A model generated the notes under the pieces. The model was not told the origin of the DNA, searched no databases, and was given only the letters and a program-made list of their open reading frames with translations. This document shows, in pieces, positions 1-11,700 of a stretch of 64,000 nucleotides of DNA. Numbering within the stretch: the stretch's first letter is position 1; each line of letters opens with the position of its first letter. The position numbers and the translations under genes were made by a program. The DNA is from Bispira polyomma (taxonomy: Eukaryota): positions 13,764,001 through 13,828,000 of the forward strand of contig OZ287750.1 of the NCBI GenBank assembly GCA_965649765.1, given 5' to 3'.

Positions 1-424
1 TTGCGGGTCAGAGTTATTTATAGCAAGCTTCTTCTAATTTTTGTTGTATCTGTTGTGTTTATAAATACAGTAAGAAGCTCCAGTATCCAACCTTCTATTG
101 TCCAAATATTTGATTTGACGTACTAATTTCAACTTTACGAAATTTATGTTTTCCTATTCTTTGGTACAGAAATGCCTTTTCTATGTTATGAGAATTCAAA
201 ATCTTGCTCGCCTAGCATGTTAGGATAGTAGAGTTCTATTGTACTTGTAAAATAGAGTATATATCTGTATATACATTGTTATGTCGTTGGTGTACACGCA
301 ATACTTTAAAGATCAACCTGTTACCAAGCTTCCAATTTATGTTTTATATATTCTGAATAAGTCTGTTATATCTATACCCAAGCCAATAAAATGACGAAAG
401 AAAGAATATTGATTGATAATATAT

Positions 425-436
425 TTTATTAATAAA
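425..436. terminator. overlapping AATAAA polyadenylation signals on both strands (tttattaataaa)
   Basis: Minus-strand AATAAA at 430-425 lies ~1.7 kb downstream of the stop (an alternative is at 871-866). Plus-strand AATAAA occurs at 385-390 and 431-436. Confidence 0.4.
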
Positions 437-990
437 TCTATATCTTCTACACACACACAAATATGGTCCACAATAACATCTCTCCACCTCAGTGAACATG
501 GGTTTTCTCTTCAGGCACAGCTTTGGTTCACTTGTTTCACTAATAGTAGTTTTAGGGCTTTTTTTATCCTCCTACATTATCAACTATAAAATATTTCGCT
601 ACTAAAAAAATGAAAACAAGCAATTAGACAACTAGCAGCAACCTCACTTTGACAATTTGAATCACAAAGGTCTTTAAAAGTACCAAGTACATGTACAACT
701 GTATGGAGTTCTAAATCCATTTCTACCAACCAACACATACAATATGGTGACCAGTTATTGAGTTATTCTCTAAGCCTTGCATTCTAGTTCGTAATAATAT
801 TGTGGAAATACAAGTAAAACATAATAGTTATTCCTTTTAGTATTCATATGGTCTGTTTCTATTCTTTTATTTCAAGCCCAAAAAGTGTCATTTTTACATA
901 AACATATTTTAATCCTTGAATTGACAAATGACAGAATATTGTTTTCTATTTGAAAAATTTCTTTGTAACCAATAATGCGTTAAGCCCAAA

Positions 991-1777
991 AAACAGGAGT
1001 ATTGTAAAATTACATATAAAAATAAAAACATTCTTTGAAAATAGCCGAAACACCATAAGCCTTTGGGAGAAATAGCCAAACAATGAATAAGTGAAAGGAA
1101 AATCATCTGAATATGAACTTCTTCCGCCTCACGGTTTGTGAGAAATAGTCTAAACAATGTTTTTAAAGTAGAGGTCACTACTTGAAGGTCAAAATGAGGT
1201 CGGAGCATAACGTTGCATATTTACACGCCTAATGAACATTTATACCAAATTTGAACTTTTGCCTTAAGGTTTCTTTGAAATAGCATGAGCAAGGTTTTTA
1301 AGGCGAAGATCATTGATTAAAGGTCAAAGCTGAAAGTGAGATCTACACGCCTAATGCCCCTAATGAACATTTCTACCAAATATGAAATTCCTCCACCTGA
1401 CAGTTTCTGAGAAATAGCCTAGACAAGGTTTTCAAAGTCAATGTTGTTACTTAAGGTCAAATATGAAGTCACACCATGACGTTGCATATCTACAATCCCT
1501 GAAGAACTTTTACACCAACTTCTTGCTCCTAAAGTTTTCTGAGAAATAGCCTAAACAAGTTTTTCAAGGCAAAGATCATTAATTGAAGGTCAAAATATAA
1601 GGTGGTGCCATGACGCTGCAAATCTTCACACATTTATATAAAATTTAAACTTCCTCTTTCCTCACGGTTTCTAAGAAACTGCCCAGGAAAACATTGGCAG
1701 CGAAAGCCCACCCGCCCATCACGACCCGGGTAAGAACAATGTCCCAAAGTCCATGTAGACTCTGGGGGTAAAAAAAA
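991..1777 (+). mobile_element. non-autonomous Helentron-like (HINE) element with internal ~133-bp tandem array
   Basis: Starts aaacaggagtattgt. About 5 diverged units (gagaaatagcctaaacaa..aaggtcaaa near 1140, 1277, 1410, 1541), then a 3' hairpin cccaaagtc-catgta-gactctggg and an A-run. Confidence 0.65.
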
Positions 1778-2111
1778 CTGAAAGAAAATCAATACACACA
1801 TATTCACAGGGTAAGATTCTTAAAAAACGGTTTTGATTTACCACAGATTCTATCCAGAATCCTTACTACATGAAAGACAACTGTATCATAATTCTTGCAA
1901 AAGAGTTTTTTTGTTGTTTTTTGCTACAAATATTCAAAACAATGGCCTTTGCTGAAACGTACATGTCACACTTTTTCCCCCAACATAACATAAATTGGAA
2001 GAAAGCCATACTTGGATAAGACACAACCATATTACAGTCTACTGAACTGTGTACCCCATACAAGTCATTTGCTGTCATTTGCTAAATGAAAACCAAACAA
2101 TCCAATCCCTC

Positions 2112-2715
2112 TCAAGTGGTCCGGTGGTTGGTTTGATCTGATGCAGAGCCTACAGAATATGCCAGTCCACTATCTGCACTGCGAGCCCGGTTTCTGTCGG
2201 GGAAGTTTGGCAGTTCGTAGATATGATCCCTTGGCTGCTGTTGGTTGCCTGGGTGACCTGCTGGCGGTGCTGTGCTGTGCTGCTGGTTATTACCGCTGCC
2301 ACTGGGTACCGCATCTTCACCTATGTTGTGGCCCCTGGTGGCTGTGGTCGTGTAGGGTCTACCAGATGCTGGATTCCCTCCCCCCACTCCCCTTCCACCT
2401 GAAGGAGGCAGTACAGCCCCATCCAAGCTGATGTCATCCTGTAAGATGAGACTGTTGCAGTCTGCTTGTTGCAGCTGATGTCCAGGAGGGAGGTTCACCA
2501 CCTCCACAATGTGGGGCAGGGGTCTGTTTTGTGGGTGTAAGGTGCTGGTGTAATCGTGCATGGGCCTGTAGATGAGGGTACCGTCTGGGCCAGCTTCTGT
2601 GTTCTGATTGGTTGGGTAGAGACCAAACATGGTACCCGTCTTAGACAGGTAGTCTCGGTACTGAGAGTTGTCATTGATTAGGTACGTAGACTTGGACATT
2701 TGGCTCCTGCTTTTT
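2112..2715 (-). CDS. coding exon 7 (terminal): low-complexity cytoplasmic tail with Tyr motifs
   Basis: Acceptor ctattttcttacag. AG+A gives Arg, then KSRSQMSK... to TGA at 2114-2112. GC-rich relative to the flanks. Confidence 0.88.
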
Positions 2716-5700
2716 CTGTAAGAAAATAGAAGAATAGTAACAGGAGCTGTATTAGAATTGTAAAGAAAATGGGTTACTTTATCACGAGAGAATGAAACAG
2801 TTGTACTAGATATATTTATGTAACCATTTTGTGTATACAATTTCATCAAAGGTGTTAATTTTATACTGAATAGGCATTGCAATTTATTTATAAAAGCTTT
2901 GAACTTAAATAGAAATTGAATCTAAAACTGCAGAAATAGAAAACTGATAGAGATCTAGGAGTATGATTACAATGATGAATCAACAATTGTCTTATCTAAT
3001 CAGTAACATCATGTAGCGCATTTGTTCGTTTTATCCATCAAAACTGATCCAACATGACTACTGCACATATTCCTGTGCATATACATGTACTCTAAAGTAG
3101 GGTTCAGACAGTGCGACGTTTATGTCTTCAGCGGTCATAAACCTTTTATACCTGACATAATCAGTTGCAGATGTGGATTGATACACTTTGTAGGACTATT
3201 TGTGTCTGAATTTTTTGTTATATGTAAAGAAAGACAGCTTTATATGGCAGAAATTCTATTTACTTTAGTCAGCCTATCTTTATCTTTAAATCTGTGTAAA
3301 CTGATTTACACATTTTGAGCTAATTAAAACCTTCTCAGGGACTGAAGTTGTGCAACAACTATCTGTAACTGTTGCTGAGAGAGTAGTTCACACATGTGAT
3401 ATTTTCCCTGTGTGGACCAACCAGAGCTGGCATTCACAAAGATTCTTAGACTTATATTTCAACCAATTTGATTGGCTGAAAATGTTTTTTTAAACAATCT
3501 GATTGGCTGAGCCTAAGACAATTAAAGAAATTGCGTCCTAAGAAACTTTGTCAATACCAGCCCAGGTGTCTGAAACCCTACTTAGCAAAAGCCTCCTATG
3601 CCTGACTCAGCTTACCTTTTCATGTACATTGCCACCACACAGAGCAGCACAAAGCCAATGACAATACCAAGGGCCACTCCCAGTCCAATGACAAACAGCA
3701 GACCTTTAAATACAAGGAAATACATCTTACTGTGCGTTACCAGTGAATCCCTGAAAACCTGCCCACCCAGAAAACATGCCCACCACACAAATTCTGCCAA
3801 ATTTTCCTCCCCAGTAAGTTTGGGCAGAATTTGGGTGGTGGGAAATTTACCTTGGGGATGTGTACCTAGACAGAATTGGGGTGGTGGGCAGTTTACTTTT
3901 TGGAAATTTACCTGGTGTGAAGTTTATCTGGTGGGTAGTTTACCTGGTGGAAAGTGTATCTTGGCAGAATTTGGCTTAGTTGGGTGGTCGACAGTTTACT
4001 TGGTGGGCAGTTTACCTGGACAGAATTTGGGTTGTGGACAGTTTTCTTTCTGTTCACAATTATGAATACATGTAGTATAAGGTATGAAATATCTGGACTA
4101 TTTTTTACCAAACAATCTATCTTATTAAATTGTTTCCACCCCCTTAAGTATAAATTTCCCTCGTTTTCGACGTTATATTGTGCTTTTTGTATCTACACAA
4201 AATCTAAATCCCTCAGAATCTTAGATGCTAGATTTTCTTTCGCAATTATTTAATTTGTTTAAATTACGTATACATACCTAAGGATGAAGACTGGGAAGCT
4301 TCACCAGTGTTTTTAGCAGTATTAACATTTGTACCTGGAAAACATACAAGTCCAAAATTGTTAAAACGGTTTTTGGATTTTCTTTGTACAGTACAGTTGA
4401 ACCACAAAGGCAGCTACACAAGAGACTAAGATAAGTATCTCTACTTAAGCAGTAGATTTGAAAAGAGAAAGCATGTCTGATTCTACAGATAAAAGATATA
4501 AACTACAAGAAAATTTGGGTGAATTTAGATTTAGTTGGGTTTATATATTGTTTTTAACAGCTTAGGTCGTATCACGACAGACATATTTAATGGCGGAAGA
4601 AACCAGTGCTAAAGCAGACCTACGGACAATATCTAACACACTTTTCCACATAAGGAACGAACAGGATTTCAAACCCACAATGGTGATTGTGAAGCACAAG
4701 CACAATGACATACAGCATAATCCTCACCCCTCTCATAAATATATTGTTGTCATTGTGACATCACAAACGTGACACAACAATTTCTTGTGACGATGGTTAA
4801 TAATTAACCGACAGCTAGGATAGAATGGCAGTTCAATGAGGAGGACAAGAAGTGTAAATCAGTGATAACATAATACAACGCATGTCTTAACATTTGAGTA
4901 ATTGAAGCCAGGAAAAAACAAAGATACAATTCAATGTACAGAGTTAGAGTGACCTTTGAGGGAAATCTATACAGTAATTTTGAAGATACAAAGTCAAATG
5001 CATACAATAAGGCCCCGTTCACACTAATCTGGATTGACCCTACTCCAAAACACTACTCCCCAACACTAATTGAATAAGGCCTAAGTGAAAATGTCATTTA
5101 ACACAGTTTTTATTACTATCTTTATGTCCCAGAGTTAAAATGTCAATACTTCCCATCAAAAAAAATTAAGCTTTTAAGAAGAGTAAATCCACCACTAATT
5201 GAATGTGACCCATTTCAGCCAATTGACCCGAGTCAATCTGGATAAATTTGCTAGTGTGAACGCAGGGTAATATACACCCCACATTATATATACACAGAAA
5301 CCAAAATCATCACAACACATCTATGTATATATACGTCCAGTTTATCTAGAAGATCACACACTTGCTCAGGAAAACAGAGGACCTGGATTAACTACCACAG
5401 GCTGGGGTTATCAGGTACAGGTAGATAAATAGAGGCTCAGATGGCCACTTAAAATGGCGGCCCTCTGTCAATGGGTCCTATCGCTGTTAGCAGGCTACTG
5501 AATTTCAGAACCTTTGACATATTGATCAGGGGTCATCATCCTAAAGTCTAGATTAAATTTTCTTGTCCGTCAATTTTAGGGTTTTAGGATACTTAGTTCA
5601 TCTTTTTTAGAGGATATTGCACCCGTCAAAATGATGATGATTTAGATTAGTTCGGATACAACCTAATTACTAGTGCTGGTTAGCTGTACTTGGACAGTCA

Positions 5701-8700
5701 GGACACATGAGGACAAGAGATACCCCCAAGGCAGCCATTTTGGATTTTTTTAAAGTTCGAAATATTCGTGTTGGTTGCCTAATTATGGGATATAGACTGA
5801 CACACCAAAAATGAAATCAATCCACCCCATAGGATCCGAGCCATGCATACCTCTGGAAGGACGAGCGGATGGAGGGTATCTTTCGAAATCGCCATGGAGG
5901 CAAAAAGGTTAATTAGTGCTTTGAATACCACACAAAGGTAGATAAATAAGTATACATTTGAACACAAATATGAATACAAAACTGTATTCTATTGCTAGCA
6001 GTACCTGGACATACGCCAATTTCCCCGATCCAGGCTGTCCCATCACAGGTGAGATGCCAGGTACTGTGTGAGTAGCGACAATTGACAGACATACTGTAGT
6101 CATCCTTCCTCTCCATCTCTGCATACTGGGGGATGTCTATGTTCTTACACCCAATGGCTGAAAAAGTGCATGGTTGTGACATATATGAATATGTGAATAT
6201 CATTATCAAATAGTAGTGTAATTACTTTTTGTAATTACTTACAAAAATAGAGAGGTAAAAATCTACCTTAAAAAAAGAACAATATCCGGTATATTTTGTT
6301 TCATCTTTTGGTGAAGTATCTATCAATTTTTTAAATTTTTTTTAAAGCATATATTAATTGTATATGAGCTATCACTTTCAACAGGAAATACCTTTTAAAA
6401 AACTTTTAAAACTAATACACACAAAATCTGTGCATAATAGTGTTATTTTGTTTCATATGTTGTAAAAATTACATATATTTTGATGATTGGAAGAAATATG
6501 ATATACATTTGAAGATAAAATATTAATATTTTTTCCAACCGGTTCTTAACACTTCGTTAAGGTGAACCCTTTTAAGTTAAACCTCAGGGGATCAGAAACC
6601 ATACTTCTACTCAAGCAGGATTTCCACCTAACAGGGTTGATTTTAAAAGAAAATGCTTTATGATTTTCGTCTACATAACAGGGAAATTGAGTAAACAGAG
6701 TTTTACTGAAAGGGGTTTCACTGTATGTCCAAAATGAAACGAAATTCAGAATACTGGTACACCGTTAAGAACACCAGTATAAGCTAAAATTAGTGCTATT
6801 GGGAATGTTCAAGCTTGTACAGCATTAGCTTGTGGTTCCATATGATTGCCAGACAGTAGGTGGCAGCCAAAAATGGATTCTATTTTTAAAAGTTTATATC
6901 AACACTTTTATAGAAAGTGTTTTTATGTACGCAAGGCTAAAGGCCAATGTGAAATCATTTATCTACCATGGGCAGCAAAAACATTAGTTCAGGTTTGGAT
7001 TGCCTTTTATGTATATGAAATAGAAGCGTTTATCAAATGATGATCCTAATTTAGGCATATTTTGGACTTTAAACCTCTATAACTTCACCAGTTTTCAACA
7101 TTTTTTAAATGTTAGTGGCTCAACTAATAGGTATGGCATTTATTTATGATTCCACCAAATATTATGGCAATTGTATGTATAGAAATATTTAATATGTTTA
7201 TTTTTCCTTCTGTGATTGGGCTAAATCCAGCGATCAAACTATGATCCTATTTGTGGCCAAGTGACAGTGTGAACAATTTACTGCTTGCATTTTATGTGTT
7301 ATGCCAAATGTGGGACAATATTGCCAATTCAGTATTATACATAATATTGTATGTACATAAAGGTTACAGAAGAAAGGCAAAAATGGAATAAAAAATGAAA
7401 ACGCATGCATTCTAAATAATTCTACTATTTATTTATACATAGCATATTGTATTTACTGGCTGATTTATTTTTGTCATTGTAAACCTTAAGATGAGCTATA
7501 GCCCAGCTTAGGATTATAAGTTTGCCAGCCTATCTTGAGATAGACCAACAGCCCATCTTACTAGCCAATCTTAAGATTGGCCAGAAAAACTAGCAAGACT
7601 TGAGAGTGGATTAAGATTAAAACTAGCCCAACTTGAGATTTAATACGCAGGAACATAACATAGAAAAATAGTTTACAACTTTACAAGTAGCCATCTTGAC
7701 TTGTAGGGTATGACACTGTAGGGTTTGATTTATATAGATAGCATAAAGTCATAATTACAATTAGCAATTACAATTCAATTTTTTTATCGGACTTTACCAC
7801 AACATATTATTAAAACGTGTCTAAAGAGCTCAACATAATTGAAACGGCTATTAAAACGTATTAAATGCATGTACAAATGTATACATATGCGTACTGAACA
7901 TGTAGAAAACAGTCCATGCATAGATTTTTGCTACGTTTCCCTATTTTCCCACGGTTTTTTCACTTCGTTTTCTCCCGTTTACTAAAAAAAAAAAGTAACA
8001 CAAATGTACTCAGTGTGACCACGGCAGTATGTTCTAACAGAATACATTATTTTTACATATACATGTAGTTATTACTTACACTAGAATTCTACTGGTACAA
8101 GTACTCCACGTGAACACAGCAAAATAAATACCGTAAAATTTAGCCACAACAAAGTATGACTAATTTTCACCATTTTAGGGAAGTTTACTTGAAATAATTT
8201 CACTATTGGTTATTATTTTGTTAAAAAATGAGTACAAGTTTAAAATTTCTCACTGGGAAATTAATTGTCAATATCTAAGCTTATTAGTTAAAATAGCTCA
8301 ATTTATTCCTGGCGAAAATGTCCACTTATGCAGCATATATAATGAGTTGTATGTTGACGTATGCACTAGACTTATTCAAGCCTTTGTATTTCTTTCCCTC
8401 CTTTTCCCGTCATGTATGAGCTCATGTACTCTCAAGTTTTGCTAGTTCTCCTGGCCAATCTTAAGATTGGCTAGTAAGATGGGCTGGTGGTCCATCTCAA
8501 GATAGGCTGGCAAACTTGTAATCCTAAGTTGGGCTACAGCTCATGTTAAGGTTGGCCAAATTGTAAGTTGGGCTACAACATTTACAATGACAAAAATAAA
8601 TAAAATTCAATATGCTATGTATAAATAAATAGTAGAATTATTCAAAATACATGTATTTTTTCCATTTTTGCCTTTCTTCTCTCACCTTTATGTACATACA

Positions 8701-11700
8701 ATATTATGTATAATACTGAATTGGCAATATTGTCCCATATTTGGCATAACATATAAAGTGCAAGCAGTAAATAGTTCACACTGTCACTTGGCCACAAATA
8801 GGATCAGAGTTTGATCGCTGGGTTTAGCCCAATGACAGAAGGAAAAATAAACATAATAAATATTTCTATACATACAATGGCCATAATATTTGGTGGAATC
8901 ATAAATAAATGCCATACCTATTAGTTGAGCCACTAACATTTAAAAAATGTTGAAAACTGGTGAAGTTATAGAGGTGTAAAGTCCAAAATATGCCTAAATT
9001 AGGATCATCATTTGATAAACGCTTCTAGTAATGAAATGAAATAGTACATTTGTTATAGCGCACTTATATAACACAGGGTCCTTTCAAATGTGCTTCCTCA
9101 TGGGCAGCCACTATGGGCGCTGAGGTGCTTGAGGATGACCATTTATCAACATTCCCAAGGATCTTTAATCTGAAGATATTACTCGGAGACAGAGGACCGC
9201 CATTTTAAGTGGTCATCTGAGCCACTAGGCAAACTTGTGTTCACATACCATGTATATATATCACATGATTAAAATAAAATCTCCGCTCAAAATCTGTCAG
9301 ATGGAAACACTACTACCAGCTGAATGCAGTGGCCATTATAAGATTAGCAGTCATCTGTTAGATGGAAACATGGGTTTAACCTATTGGCCTTTTTTATTGT
9401 TTCATTCTCTCCAATAACATTCACGCTTGTTTATGTGTTTTTTTTAGTGTTAGAACTTCAAAGTTTCCAGTCTTCACTTAAGTTCTAATCTTATGTCATA
9501 TTTTATCTGCCCGACTAATGACATTATTAAAGTTTGATTTCAAATTTGACTCTAATTGAATTAGTCCTAAAAAAAACTTGATTCTTGACAATTATAAGTT
9601 ATTTTAATTGCATGGCGATGATTATTTATTCCCCTAGGTTACCTTCATATGTTAGTTTGATCGAGTTAGTCCTGCACACATATACATTATATGTTTACAC
9701 AGTAAAATCTGCTTGAGAGCTCGAGAGACCACCTTTATAGAGAGCCCACCTCCAAATATAGAGCACACTTACATTTCCCAAGACTAATGTTTAATCATAT
9801 TTCACCTCAACCTTTATGAAGAACGCCTGTCAATAAATACAGTAAAACCTCTATTATCCAATTGTGTTGGGAGAGTAAGATCATGTTCGGATAATGGAAT
9901 GTTCATAAAATAGAAGAGGCCTTTTTGTATGGAAAAATAGGAAAAATATAAATTTGGGAGAGTGGAGATGCATTAATAAAAGTGTATATGCAAGGCTATG
10001 ACTACTAACTTCCTCTCAAGTTAATACCTTCATATCTGATCATGTATTGAATACTCTGGGCGTACGTCTATGAGAGGGCAAGTTTAGATGTGTTTACTGT
10101 AATATGTACAAGACTATGATTATTATTGACTTCCTCATAAGTTTATATCCATTACTCTGGGCATACATCTGTGAGAGGGCAAGTTTGGATATTTTGACTG
10201 TAATATATACAAAGCTATAAGTTCTGACTCCCATAAGTTTATACCTTCATATCTGATTATGTATCCATTACTCTGGGCATACATCTGTAAGGGGGCAAGT
10301 TTGTTATTTTTACTGTAATATATAAAAGGATAGCTATGACTATTATTGACTCCCCCCCCCTAAGTTTATACCTTCATATCTGATCATGTATCCATTACTC
10401 TGTGCATACATCTGGGAGAGTGCCAGTTTGATCACACTTTCTGTAGACTTGTAGACCACCTGTTGCCGCCTCTTGAGACAGTTGTTGATTTTTTCCTGTT
10501 TCACCCCATCGTATATGGTCCCGAACCCGTACTGTTCACACGTGCTGTCGGTGGTGAGTGTGAAGTCGTAAAGGGTGAGGTTAATCTTCTGCCCCTCGGG
10601 CACCTGGATGGTCCAGGGACAGCGGCTGGAGCCACAGCCAGTAGAGGCCACTTGGGAGCTGGCTATGTAACCAGAGGAGGAAGGGGAGACATTGAGGGGG
10701 ATGTGTTCTGACATCTCACACATCGTCTGATCACAGGGGGTTACTGGGTTCAAAAAACAATACACATACATGTAAACTGGTGGGAAGGGGGGGGGGGGGG
10801 AGTAATCAATACATGGACATAGGCAGAATATAGAAGTGATTTTAAATATTCAGGACAAACATTTAGATAGAAGCCTTAATAAAATAATTGTAGACACTTA
10901 AACTTGCCTTTCTAAAACTGTAGCTAAGTCTGAAAGAGAGGCGAGTTTTAAAAAGCTAATTAGGGGACCTGACATTGTTGTTAACTCGAGATGTGTGAGT
11001 GAGGCTTTAAGATAGTAAAATTTGCTGATGTATTTCATGTATATTACAAATGAGAAGTAAGGTATAAAACTCATTATACTAGAAACACAAGCATTTCCCC
11101 CTCATTTTGCTGGCTATTTTCTCTGATCCTCTGACATAAACAGGTACTAGAGTGGATGTGAAATATCCAAATTCAAATGACCCCCAACTGGAGGTCTTCT
11201 ATTTTGTGCTCAATTCTAAGGTTGTTTATTCATGGTTCAACAACCGTTTCCCGATTTCCATTAAAGCAAACCAATGACATATATAACATCGAAATTAATG
11301 AGGACTTTACAAAAAAAACTAACCAGGAAAGATTAAACATGTAAATACAAAATGCTAGGTCATATTAATGCACCAATCAAGTAAATGTCTAAATTTAAAA
11401 TTACTGACTTCAGCAAATTTTAGCCAGAAAAACTATTTCACCAATTTACGTTTTTTTTAAGAAGTTTACTGAATTTGTCACTCTTGGCTAAATTTTAGAA
11501 AAAAAAGTCATCAATAACAAATTCAAATTGTCCCTTAAAATCAATAAAAAAATTACTATCACAACTGCTTAGCTATAATTAATAGTTAAAATTAGAATTC
11601 CTAGAGAAAATTTCCACTTGTACAATATATATATATATGCAGCCCTTGTGATAAGCCATTATAAGAAGTTTACCTGGTATGCAGTCATACTCGGCCACTA

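Noticed and set aside
2141-2431. Plus-strand ORFs at 2141-2431, 3598-4065 and 10463-10711
   Set aside because: Antisense shadows of GC-rich coding exons or of the minisatellite.
2716-2882. N-terminal extension of ORF 2112..2882
   Set aside because: AT-rich intron upstream of the acceptor at 2717-2716. The same applies to the ORF overhangs at 3704-3800, 5913-6004, 10744-10771 and 11579-11673.
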